Source: Polaribacter sp. (GTDB lineage Bacteria > Bacteroidota > Bacteroidia > Flavobacteriales > Flavobacteriaceae). Taken from it: 63,629 nt of DNA. The translations under genes and the position numbers were made by a program. This document shows, piece by piece, positions 8,695-18,281 of this stretch. The stretch lies in NCBI GenBank assembly GCA_049607505.1, contig JBMYWO010000001.1, positions 1 through 63,629 of the forward strand. The letters are read 5' to 3'. How positions within the stretch are numbered: the stretch's first letter is position 1; each line of letters opens with the position of its first letter. The notes under the pieces were generated by a model. It was not told where the DNA came from and searched no databases. It saw nothing but the letters and a program-made list of their open reading frames with translations.

Positions 8695-11600
8695 ATGAAA
8701 ACAATGGTTAAAGGAATTTTAACGCTATTACTAGCGTTTGTTGTGCAAATAAATTTTGCACAAGAAAAAACAGTTTCTGGAATAGTATCAGATTCGTCTG
8801 GAACTTTGCCAGGGGTTAGTGTACTTATTAAGGGTACAAACAAAGGAACAGAAACTGATTTTGACGGTAAGTATTCTATTAAAACTCAAACAGGTGATGT
8901 TTTAAGTTTTAGTTATATAGGATATAAAACGGCTGAAAGAACAGTTGGAGTATCTAACACAATTAACATTACTTTAGAAGAAGGTGGTGAGGTGTTGGAC
9001 GAAATTGTTGTAACAGCTCTAGGGATAAAAAGAGAGAAAAAATCTTTAGGTGTTTCTCAACAATCAGTCAAAGGAGATGCATTAGTTAAAGCAAAAGAAA
9101 TAGATATTTCAAATGCGTTAGCAGGAAAGATATCGGGTTTACAAATTGTAGGTAATAACAGTTCTACATTTGGTGTTTCTACAATTAAGTTAAGAGGAGA
9201 GTCTAATGTACTGTATGTAGTAGATGGAGTTAGAATTTATTCATCTTCAGATATTAATGCAGACAATGTTGCTGATATTTCTGTACTTAAAGGAGGTTCT
9301 GCAACTGCACTTTATGGTCCAGAAGGAAGGAATGGTGTTGTAATAATAACAACAAAAAGAGGGAAAAAAGGCGAAACTACTTTTGGTATAGATTATGCAT
9401 TATCAGTAAACTCTGTTGTCAATCTACCAGAATATCAAAATGAATATGGAGGAGGATATAGTCAAACTTGGAATACGTTTTCTTATGACCCAACACAAGA
9501 CCCTGCTTCTTGGGCTTCTTTTGACGGTCAAAGGATACCAGAATATAATGCAGATGAAAGTTGGGGTCCAAGACTAGATGGTACAATGGTTCGTCATTGG
9601 GATTCTTGGATACCTAACGGATCTGAATTTGGAAATTTAAGAGCCTGGTCTCCAACCACAAATGATGTTGATGCTTTTTATAATAATGCAATAACAAATA
9701 ATACTACATTTTCTTTTGCTAAAGCAGATGAAAACTATAATATTAGATCTTCTGTTAGTTACATTTCACAAGAAGGGGTTGTTCCTAATTCTAAAAGAGA
9801 AACAACAAGGGTTGCAATTAACGCTTCTTATGATATTACTGATAAATTTGAGTTTTATGCAAACTTAAATTATGAAGATAGATACACTTTAAACAATCCA
9901 GAACAAAATTATGGGAATTTAGGGTCTAATTTTAATCAATGGTGGCAAAGACAATTAGACTTTTCTAGATTAAGAAATTACGAATATGAGGGGAAAGTTT
10001 ACTCTTGGAACATTAAAGGTCCTAGGAATGCAGCTCCTTTATATTGGGATATGCCTTATTTTCATTCTTATGAAAATACTAAAAATGAAACAAAAAATGC
10101 TTCTTTTGGTAAAATAGGAGGGAACTATACGTTTAATGATAACTTTGTTTTAAAAGCAGAAGCAAGAAAAACATTTAACTCATATAATTTTGATGATAGG
10201 GGGACTACAAAAAGTTTGTTAGACCCTTCTTTTTATTTAGAAAGAGCTACAAGAGTAAAAAGAGACGAGTTTTTTGCAATGCTATCTTACTCTAATAAAT
10301 TTATGGATGATGAGATAGATTTAACAGCTAATGCTGGGGGAGAAATAACAAACTATGCGTATAGACAAATTACAGGGCAAACAGTTGGAGGTCTTACTAT
10401 ACCAGGTTTTTACAATCTTGCAGGTTCAAAAGACCCTGCTAGTGTTACAACAAATTATTCTAATTGGAAGAATAGAGGTATGTTCGTAAGAACATCTATT
10501 GGGTATAAGAATATGGCTTATTTAGACGGTTCTTATAGATTGGATTGGAGATCTACAGCAAACCCTGAAGACAATAGAGTAGGAACTTATGGTATTTCTG
10601 CAAGTTTACTTGCTCATAAATTAATATCCAAAAATGATATTTTGTCATTTGCAAAATTAAGAGCAGGTATTTCAACCGCTCCATTATTTCCTAGTGTATA
10701 TTTAATATCAAGTACCTATGAAGCAGGAGATCCAATATATCAAACAGAAGTTACGCAATCTATATCGGGTACACAACCAAACCCAGATTTAACTGGAGGT
10801 ATAAGGCAAGAACTTGAGATAGGTACTGAAATGTCATTTTTAAACAATAGATTATCATTAGATTTCACGTATTTTAATAGAGATGATAAAGATAACCCTG
10901 TTAGAGTAGCTTTAGATGGTGCTACAGGATATTCTTTTGTATATGTAAATGCAGGAGAAACTACATCCAAAGGTATTGAGTTTGCTTTATTTGGCGATGT
11001 AATCAAAAAAGAAGACTTTAGGTTTGAATTGGGCGTTAATTTTGCAACACTTTCTAAAGTGGTAAATAAAATTTCAGAAGATATTAAATCTAGAGACTTA
11101 AGTACATACACTTCAAGAATGAAACTACAAGAAAGAGTTGGAGAAGAATGGGGACTGTTTTATGGTACTGGTTTTGCAGAAGATGCAAATGGAAATAGAA
11201 TCATTCAATTAAGTGGAGGAAATTATTCCTATGCACAACAAAAAAATAAATATTTAGGCTCTTTATTGCCAGACTTTACAGGAGGTCTTACCACAAATTT
11301 TACGTATAAGAATATGAATTTAAATTTTGGGTTTGATTTCCAAAAAGGAGGTAAGTATTACTCTAGAACAGAAAGATATTACAACCATTCAGGAATAGCT
11401 CCAATTACCGTTGGCTTAAATGACAAAGGAAATCCTAAAAGAGATCCTGTTGCTTCAGGAGGAGGTATTCATATTACAGGAGTGCTACAAACAGGAACAG
11501 ATGCTGACGGAAACCCTACCAGTGACGGAACAGTAGTGGACACTTACGTAAACCCACAAGACTGGTATAATCTTGGAAATTTAGGTAATATTTATGAAAA

Positions 11601-11856
11601 CAATTTGCACGATGCTACCTATTTTAAATTGAGAACAATTAGATTTAACTATAGCTTTGATCAAAAAATTGCAGAAAAATTAAATTTAAAGTCTGCTTCT
11701 ATAGGTGCTTATGCTAATAATGTATGGTTAATTTATTCTGATTTACCTTGGGTTGACCCATCTGAATTAGAAAAAAGATCAGGTATTAATTGGGCTGAAA
11801 ACGGTACTTTACCAAGTACAAGAAGTTTAGGTTTAAATTTTAAATTAACATTTTAA
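8695..11856 (+). CDS. SusC/RagA-family TonB-dependent transporter (pair 1)
   Basis: N-terminal CarboxypepD_reg-like domain, plug motif VLKGGSATALYG..GRNGVVIITTK, C-terminal F. Confidence 0.95.
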   Translation: MKTMVKGILTLLLAFVVQINFAQEKTVSGIVSDSSGTLPGVSVLIKGTNKGTETDFDGKYSIKTQTGDVLSFSYIGYKTAERTVGVSNTINITLEEGGEVLDEIVVTALGIKREKKSLGVSQQSVKGDALVKAKEIDISNALAGKISGLQIVGNNSSTFGVSTIKLRGESNVLYVVDGVRIYSSSDINADNVADISVLKGGSATALYGPEGRNGVVIITTKRGKKGETTFGIDYALSVNSVVNLPEYQNEYGGGYSQTWNTFSYDPTQDPASWASFDGQRIPEYNADESWGPRLDGTMVRHWDSWIPNGSEFGNLRAWSPTTNDVDAFYNNAITNNTTFSFAKADENYNIRSSVSYISQEGVVPNSKRETTRVAINASYDITDKFEFYANLNYEDRYTLNNPEQNYGNLGSNFNQWWQRQLDFSRLRNYEYEGKVYSWNIKGPRNAAPLYWDMPYFHSYENTKNETKNASFGKIGGNYTFNDNFVLKAEARKTFNSYNFDDRGTTKSLLDPSFYLERATRVKRDEFFAMLSYSNKFMDDEIDLTANAGGEITNYAYRQITGQTVGGLTIPGFYNLAGSKDPASVTTNYSNWKNRGMFVRTSIGYKNMAYLDGSYRLDWRSTANPEDNRVGTYGISASLLAHKLISKNDILSFAKLRAGISTAPLFPSVYLISSTYEAGDPIYQTEVTQSISGTQPNPDLTGGIRQELEIGTEMSFLNNRLSLDFTYFNRDDKDNPVRVALDGATGYSFVYVNAGETTSKGIEFALFGDVIKKEDFRFELGVNFATLSKVVNKISEDIKSRDLSTYTSRMKLQERVGEEWGLFYGTGFAEDANGNRIIQLSGGNYSYAQQKNKYLGSLLPDFTGGLTTNFTYKNMNLNFGFDFQKGGKYYSRTERYYNHSGIAPITVGLNDKGNPKRDPVASGGGIHITGVLQTGTDADGNPTSDGTVVDTYVNPQDWYNLGNLGNIYENNLHDATYFKLRTIRFNYSFDQKIAEKLNLKSASIGAYANNVWLIYSDLPWVDPSELEKRSGINWAENGTLPSTRSLGLNFKLTF

Positions 11857-11867
11857 TGTATAATATA

Positions 11868-13358
11868 ATGAAAAAAATAATAAAAAATAATATACTTCTA
11901 TTTGTATTCTCTTTACTAATTTTTGCATCTTGCGATACAGTTGATTTTGGAGATATAAATGATGACCCTAATGGTCCTACACAAGCCATTCCATCACAGT
12001 TGTTAGCCCAAGCTCAAAAATATGTTGGAGGGACAGAAAATAATTCTGATTCAGCAGACGATGTTACAGGCGTTTTAACTACAACAGCAGGATTGTTATA
12101 TACACAACAAGTTACAGAAGGACAATATCCTGGTTTGTCTAGGTATAGTACAAATGAATTTAGCTATAACGAATGGTACACAGGACCAATGCAAAACCTT
12201 AATGAAATAATTAAAGTGAATGAAGACCCTGAAACTTCTACAGATGCATTAGCCTATGGTGATAACGACAACCAAATAGCAGTTTCAAAATTATTGAGAG
12301 CATATTTTCTTCAATATATGACAGACACTTGGGGATACTTACCTTGGGAAGAAGCATTTAAAGGAAAAGATGGTACTACGCCTAAATTTGACAGTCAAGA
12401 GTCTATTTATGACTTTATGTTTGCAGAAATAGATGATGCGTTAAGTAGAATTAATTCTGGAGATGGTCCTAGTGGAGATGTTATGTTTAATGGAGATATG
12501 AGTAAATGGAGAAGATTTGGAAATATGTTAAAAATGATCATGGCATTAAGAATTTCTGATGCCAATCCTACTTTAGCGCAAAGCAAGTTTGAATCAGCAG
12601 TTTCTTCAGGTGCTTTAATATCAAGTAACGATGACAATTTAGTGTTTACGTATTCTACTACCGAAGAAAGTGATAATCCTTGGGAAGATAGATTTGAAAG
12701 TAGAGAAGATTATATTATGTCTGAAACTATGGTAGAAAAATTAAGAACTAATTTAGACCCAAGACTGTTTAAATATTCAGAACCTTCAAGAGACGGCATG
12801 ACAACATCGCCTAACTTTCCAGGGAATATAGATGAAAAATATGTTGGCGCACCTAACGGTAAAGTAAATGGTAATGTTCCCGATTATTCTTTTATAAGTC
12901 TTATGGTTATAAAAGAAAAACAATATCAAGCACCTATTTACACCTTGGCGCAAGTTAAGTTTTCTTTAGCAGAAGCAGCTTTAAAAGGTTGGAATGTTGG
13001 AGGAGGAACTACAGCTAACTTATTTAAAGAAGGTATTGAAGCTTCTATGGAACAATGGGGTGTAGATACCGCAGATATTAATTCTTATACAGCTACTCAT
13101 ACAAGTGCTACAATAAGTGATATTGCCTATGAAAAATGGGTAGCATTATACTTAAACGGTTCAGAAGCGTGGGCAGAATGGAGAAGATTAGATGCACCAG
13201 CACTAACACCTTCTACTTATGCTACTGACCAAAGAATACCTGTTAGACATTCATATTCTTCGGCGGTTGCTGACAATAACCCAGATAATTATGCAACAAT
13301 GGTATCTGCTCAAGGACCAGATACAAATCACACCAAACTTTGGTGGGATGTAAATTAA
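11868..13358 (+). CDS. SusD/RagB-family lipoprotein (pair 1)
   Basis: Lipobox FASC, TDTWGYLP, EAWAEWRR, LWWD; follows SusC. ATG 11868 preferred over 11856. Confidence 0.92.
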   Translation: MKKIIKNNILLFVFSLLIFASCDTVDFGDINDDPNGPTQAIPSQLLAQAQKYVGGTENNSDSADDVTGVLTTTAGLLYTQQVTEGQYPGLSRYSTNEFSYNEWYTGPMQNLNEIIKVNEDPETSTDALAYGDNDNQIAVSKLLRAYFLQYMTDTWGYLPWEEAFKGKDGTTPKFDSQESIYDFMFAEIDDALSRINSGDGPSGDVMFNGDMSKWRRFGNMLKMIMALRISDANPTLAQSKFESAVSSGALISSNDDNLVFTYSTTEESDNPWEDRFESREDYIMSETMVEKLRTNLDPRLFKYSEPSRDGMTTSPNFPGNIDEKYVGAPNGKVNGNVPDYSFISLMVIKEKQYQAPIYTLAQVKFSLAEAALKGWNVGGGTTANLFKEGIEASMEQWGVDTADINSYTATHTSATISDIAYEKWVALYLNGSEAWAEWRRLDAPALTPSTYATDQRIPVRHSYSSAVADNNPDNYATMVSAQGPDTNHTKLWWDVN

Positions 13359-13380
13359 GAGTTAAGATTAATTCAATTTT

Positions 13381-13415
13381 AAAAACCTAACTAAAATATT
13401 TTAGTTAGGTTTTTT
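13381..13415. terminator. Rho-independent terminator
   Basis: Perfect palindrome AAAAACCTAACTAAAATATTTTAGTTAGGTTTTT after susD1. Confidence 0.8.
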
Positions 13416-13563
13416 ATTGCAATCTTTTTCAAAAAATTATACACTCATAAAGCTATAACTTTCACTTGGGGATTGAATCTACCGTTCTTTTTTAATGTTA
13501 AAAAATTGTTTATTTAATTTTTATTTGAGACTTTTGACGCAAATAATTCAAATGTACTAAACA

Positions 13564-16500
13564 ATGAAAACAAAGTTTAAAGGAATTTTAACGCTACTAC
13601 TAGCGTTTGCTGTGCAAGTTAGTTTTGCACAAGAAAAAACAATTTCTGGAACAGTCTCAGATTCATCTGGAACTTTACCAGGAGTTAGCGTACTTGTTAA
13701 AGGTACAAACAAAGGAGTAGAAACTGATCTTAACGGTACCTATTCTATTAAAGCTCAAACAGGTGATGTTTTAAGTTTTAGTTATATAGGATATAAAACG
13801 GTTGAAAGAACAGTTGGAGTATCTAACACAATTAACATTACTTTAGAAGAAGGTGGCGAGTTGTTAGAAGAAGTTGTTGTTGTAGCTCAAGGAATTAAAG
13901 CCAAACCAAGAGCATTAAGTTATTCTGTTCAAGCGGTTGAAGGTGATGATATTGAAAACTCTAGAGAAACCAATGTTGTTTCAGCATTAAGCTCTAAAGC
14001 TGCTGGAGTACAGGTAACTACATCTTCAGGTTCAGTAGGAGCATCTGCAAATATTAGAATTAGAGGTAATACTTCTATTACACGTTCTAACGCACCACTT
14101 TTTGTTGTAGACGGTGTGCCAATTAACAATTCTTCCTTTAGTGAAGACCCTTCTCAAACAAATAACAATTCAAGTTTAGGTGGTTCAGATTTTTCCAATA
14201 GAGCAATTGATATTAATTCAAGTGATATTGCATCTGTAAATATTCTTAAAGGTATAGCAGCTCAAACACTTTATGGTTTGCGCGCAGCTAATGGAGTTGT
14301 ATTGATAACTACCAAAAAAGGAAAACTAGGAAAAACGAGAGTTAGTTTAAGTACTTCTAATACTTTTTCTGAAATAAATAAAGGCCCTTCTTTACAAAGA
14401 ATTTATTCTCAAGGAAGACATAATGGAGGAGTTTTAGAATATAGAGGACCAGAGACTTTTGAAGGAGATTCTTGGGGACCTAAAATTTCTGATTTAGAAT
14501 ATGATGGAGACCCAAATTACGCATTTCATAGACTTGGACGTCTTGTACCTGCTGGAACAGGAAATGGAGTAGCTGCAGAATCGTATGACAATTACGATTT
14601 TTTTAAAGGAGGTATGACTACAGATATAAATTTAGCAGTTAGCGGAGGTAATGATAAATTTAGTTATAGAGCTTCTATTGGAAAATTAAATCAAGAAGGT
14701 GTCTCTCCAAACGAAGAATTTCAAAGAAAAACTTTTAGAATAGATTTTTCTTCTAATTTAACAGATGATTTAAAATTAGACGCTTCTGCACAATACACTA
14801 ATTCAGGAGGTAATAGAGTTCAAAGAGGGTCAAACATTTCTGGAGTAATGCTAGGATTATTAAGAAATGCTCCTACATTCGATTTAGGAAACGGATTAGC
14901 TGGTCAAAAGGCTGCTGATAATTCAGGTTCTTATTTTTATGATATAGCCGGTGCTGAATTACCTGGACATAGAAGTTATAGAGATGGAATTTACAATAAC
15001 CCTTATTTTACAGTAGCAAGAAATAAAAATGGAGATGACGTTCATAGAATTCTTGGTAAAATGGGATTAACTTATACCATTAATGATTGGTTATCCGTAA
15101 AATCTTCAGCATCTCTTGATAGATATGCTGATACAAGAAAACTAGGTTTTGATATTTTAGACGCAAGTTTTTCTGGCGGCCGTGTTATAAATGACATAAT
15201 TCAAAACCAAGATATTAACTGGAATTTAATATTTAGTGCAAACAAAAATATAGATGAAAAGATAAATTTAAGTGCCTCTGTAGGTTACGATGGATTTTAT
15301 ACAAAATCTAATAGACAAACCGTTATTGGAGATGGAATGACTATTCCAGGTTTCTTTAATTTAACAAATGTTAGTACAACACAAGCCCAAGAATTATCAA
15401 CAAGAAAAAAATTAATTGGCGCTTTTGTTACCGCTACTTTAAGTTATGACAATATGTTGTTTTTAACACCATCCTTTAGAAACGACTGGACATCAACTTT
15501 ACCAGTTAATAAAAATACCTTTCAATCCTATTCTATTGGAGCAAGTTTTATCTTTAGTGAACTTTTAGAAAATGATTTTCTTAACTATGGTAAACTAAGA
15601 GCTTCTTGGGGTAAGTCTGGTAATGATGCACCTATCTATGCTACTACTACAAATTTTGGAGGAACATTTGTTAGTGGAGATGGTTTTATACAAGGAATAA
15701 CCTTCCCTGCTTATGATAGTACCTCATTTGAAAGATCAGGTTTAGCAGGTAACCCTAATTTAGTTCCAGAAAAAACTACAGAATTTGAAGTTGGTTTAGA
15801 ACTATCAATGTTAGAACGACGTTTAAAATTTGATGCTACTTATTACTCCAAAGAAACAGTTGATCAAATAGTAGATATTGATGCTGCATCCTCTTCAGGA
15901 TTTGTATCTAGATATGCTAATATTGGAGCAATTTCAAATAAAGGAGTAGAATTAAGTTTAAGTGGATCACCTATTAGAAATGAAAACTTTGATTGGAATG
16001 TAGGTATAAATTGGACTACATATACCAACGTTGTAGAAGAATTAGTAGATGGATTAGAAAGCTATACACTAAATGGATTTTCAGGCACAAGTTCACGTGC
16101 TGTACCAGGCGAATCGTATGGTGTTATTTACGGTTCAAGATTTGCTAGAAACGATGCAGGAGAGGTCTTAATAGATGACGCAGGATATCCTTTAGCAGCA
16201 GACACGGACGGAGTTGTAGGAGACCCTATTCCAGATTGGTTAGCCGGTATAAGTAATACATTCAAATATAAAGATTTAAGCCTTTCTGTATTATTAGATA
16301 TTAGACAAGGAGGAGATGTTTGGTGTGGTACATGTGGAATTATAGATTATTTTGGAGTTTCTGAAGCTACTTTAATTAGAGATCAAACAACTTTATTTCC
16401 AGGTATAGTTCAATCTACAGGTCAGGCAAATACCCAAGTTGTTGCATACTCAAACCCTGCTATAAGTGAAAATAATAATTATTGGAGGCGTTATGGCTTT

Positions 16501-16773
16501 GGAGGATTATCTGAAACAGCTGTATATGATGCTTCTTGGGTACGATTAAGAGAAGTAACTTTATCATATTCACTTCCTAGCAAATGGTTAAGCAATATTT
16601 TTGTAGATAATGCTTCTTTATCAGTATTTGGTAGAAATTTATGGTTAAATACAGAGTACCCAGGAGTCGATCCCGAAACTAATTTAACAGGAGATAGTAA
16701 TGGTATTGGTTTAGATTATTTTAACCAACCAAATACTAAAAGTTACGGATTGAATGTAAAATTAAATTTTTAG
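13564..16773 (+). CDS. SusC/RagA-family TonB-dependent transporter (pair 2)
   Basis: PLFVVDGVPI, ILKG.AA..LYG.RAANGVVLITTK, C-terminal F. Confidence 0.95.
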   Translation: MKTKFKGILTLLLAFAVQVSFAQEKTISGTVSDSSGTLPGVSVLVKGTNKGVETDLNGTYSIKAQTGDVLSFSYIGYKTVERTVGVSNTINITLEEGGELLEEVVVVAQGIKAKPRALSYSVQAVEGDDIENSRETNVVSALSSKAAGVQVTTSSGSVGASANIRIRGNTSITRSNAPLFVVDGVPINNSSFSEDPSQTNNNSSLGGSDFSNRAIDINSSDIASVNILKGIAAQTLYGLRAANGVVLITTKKGKLGKTRVSLSTSNTFSEINKGPSLQRIYSQGRHNGGVLEYRGPETFEGDSWGPKISDLEYDGDPNYAFHRLGRLVPAGTGNGVAAESYDNYDFFKGGMTTDINLAVSGGNDKFSYRASIGKLNQEGVSPNEEFQRKTFRIDFSSNLTDDLKLDASAQYTNSGGNRVQRGSNISGVMLGLLRNAPTFDLGNGLAGQKAADNSGSYFYDIAGAELPGHRSYRDGIYNNPYFTVARNKNGDDVHRILGKMGLTYTINDWLSVKSSASLDRYADTRKLGFDILDASFSGGRVINDIIQNQDINWNLIFSANKNIDEKINLSASVGYDGFYTKSNRQTVIGDGMTIPGFFNLTNVSTTQAQELSTRKKLIGAFVTATLSYDNMLFLTPSFRNDWTSTLPVNKNTFQSYSIGASFIFSELLENDFLNYGKLRASWGKSGNDAPIYATTTNFGGTFVSGDGFIQGITFPAYDSTSFERSGLAGNPNLVPEKTTEFEVGLELSMLERRLKFDATYYSKETVDQIVDIDAASSSGFVSRYANIGAISNKGVELSLSGSPIRNENFDWNVGINWTTYTNVVEELVDGLESYTLNGFSGTSSRAVPGESYGVIYGSRFARNDAGEVLIDDAGYPLAADTDGVVGDPIPDWLAGISNTFKYKDLSLSVLLDIRQGGDVWCGTCGIIDYFGVSEATLIRDQTTLFPGIVQSTGQANTQVVAYSNPAISENNNYWRRYGFGGLSETAVYDASWVRLREVTLSYSLPSKWLSNIFVDNASLSVFGRNLWLNTEYPGVDPETNLTGDSNGIGLDYFNQPNTKSYGLNVKLNF

Positions 16774-16778
16774 AAAAT

Positions 16779-18143
16779 ATGAAAACAGTAAAAATAATAA
16801 TAAGTATAGTATTGGTTGGATTTTTATCATCTTGCGATATAACTAACTTAAATGAAGACCTAGACAATCCGTCAGCAGAGGTAATAAATGCAGGAGCAAT
16901 TTATCCTGGTATGATTTCACAATCACATAGAAATATAGTAGCTTTAAGCTCAAGAATTTCAGGAATTATAATACAACAATTTGAAGGCTTGGACGCTCAA
17001 CAAATAGCTTTTGGACAATATAATATTGGAGAAAGTGATATTGACGACACATGGGACACCGCTCTTTACGGAGCAGGATCAATGAGAGATTGCTTTGTAT
17101 TAATGCAAAATAACACAGGAGATGTTAGTGCACTAGCAAAATTATATATGGCTGCCAATTTAGGACTAGCTACAAGTATATGGGGAGACGTACCTTATTC
17201 AGAAGCTTTTTTAGGAGATTCAGGTAATTTAAACCCTAAATTTGACAGTCAATCAGATATTTATGATGTGGTACAAAATCTATTAACAGAATCTATTAAT
17301 GAAGGAGTTTCATCTGGTATAGGAGCCTTTGCAGGAGCAGGGTCAACAGCAGGTATTGATTGGGAAAAAACGGCTCATGCTTTAAAAGCAAGATACTATT
17401 TGCACCTAACTTCTGTAAATGGAGTTGCAGCTGCTCAAAATGCTTTAAATGAAGTTGCTCTAGCATTGTCAAGTACAAGCGAACAAGCAGATTTTATTTA
17501 TAGTACACCTTCTCAAAACTCAAACCCGTTATTTTTGTTTCACAATGACAGACCCTCTACATTAGGATTTGGTAGTACATTAAACGGAATGATGGCAGGA
17601 GATCCAAGATTACCATTTTATACTACTAATGGAGAAGATTTTGCAGGGACAGCAGGATTGTTTTGGGGGCAAGTTGCCTCTCCAACACCTTTAATTTCTT
17701 ATTGGGAAGTTAAATTTATTGAAGCTGAAGCAATTATAAGAACCTCTGGAACAGATGTAAACGCATTAAGCGCATTACAAGAAGCCGTAAGAGCAAATAT
17801 GATGTATATAGGTGTAGATGTTACAGATGCTAATACGTATGTAAATGCCTTAACATTATCAGGCACATCAGATGATAAAATAGAAACAATTATTACCGAA
17901 AAATATAAATCTTTATACGGAAATGCTCCATTAGAGTCTTGGACAGATTATAGAAGAACAGGCTTTCCTACTTTAGTAGCAAACCCTAATGCCGTTGCTA
18001 GTGTAAATCCTTCCAAGATAATTCCAAGAAGATTTTTATATCCTATTTCTGAAAGAACCACTAATTTGACTAATTACGAAGCAGCTATTGCTTCACAAGG
18101 AGGTCATTTATTAGACAATGATTTATGGGCTTTCCCTAGATAA
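16779..18143 (+). CDS. SusD/RagB-family lipoprotein (pair 2)
   Basis: Lipobox LSSC, WGDVPYSEA, ESWTDYRRTGFP, PRRFLYP. Confidence 0.92.
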   Translation: MKTVKIIISIVLVGFLSSCDITNLNEDLDNPSAEVINAGAIYPGMISQSHRNIVALSSRISGIIIQQFEGLDAQQIAFGQYNIGESDIDDTWDTALYGAGSMRDCFVLMQNNTGDVSALAKLYMAANLGLATSIWGDVPYSEAFLGDSGNLNPKFDSQSDIYDVVQNLLTESINEGVSSGIGAFAGAGSTAGIDWEKTAHALKARYYLHLTSVNGVAAAQNALNEVALALSSTSEQADFIYSTPSQNSNPLFLFHNDRPSTLGFGSTLNGMMAGDPRLPFYTTNGEDFAGTAGLFWGQVASPTPLISYWEVKFIEAEAIIRTSGTDVNALSALQEAVRANMMYIGVDVTDANTYVNALTLSGTSDDKIETIITEKYKSLYGNAPLESWTDYRRTGFPTLVANPNAVASVNPSKIIPRRFLYPISERTTNLTNYEAAIASQGGHLLDNDLWAFPR

Positions 18144-18172
18144 AAATAAAGTCTTTAGATAGGAAGAGACAA

Positions 18173-18216
18173 AACATAAAAAGCACCTTAACAAACGTTA
18201 AGGTGCTTTTTATGTT
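18173..18216. terminator. Rho-independent terminator
   Basis: 20-bp arms AACATAAAAAGCACCTTAAC / GTTAAGGTGCTTTTTATGTT. Confidence 0.8.
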
Positions 18217-18281
18217 AAAAAAATTGTTTTATTAAGATTTATTTAAGACTTTTGGCGTTAATTAATTCAAATAATTATATA

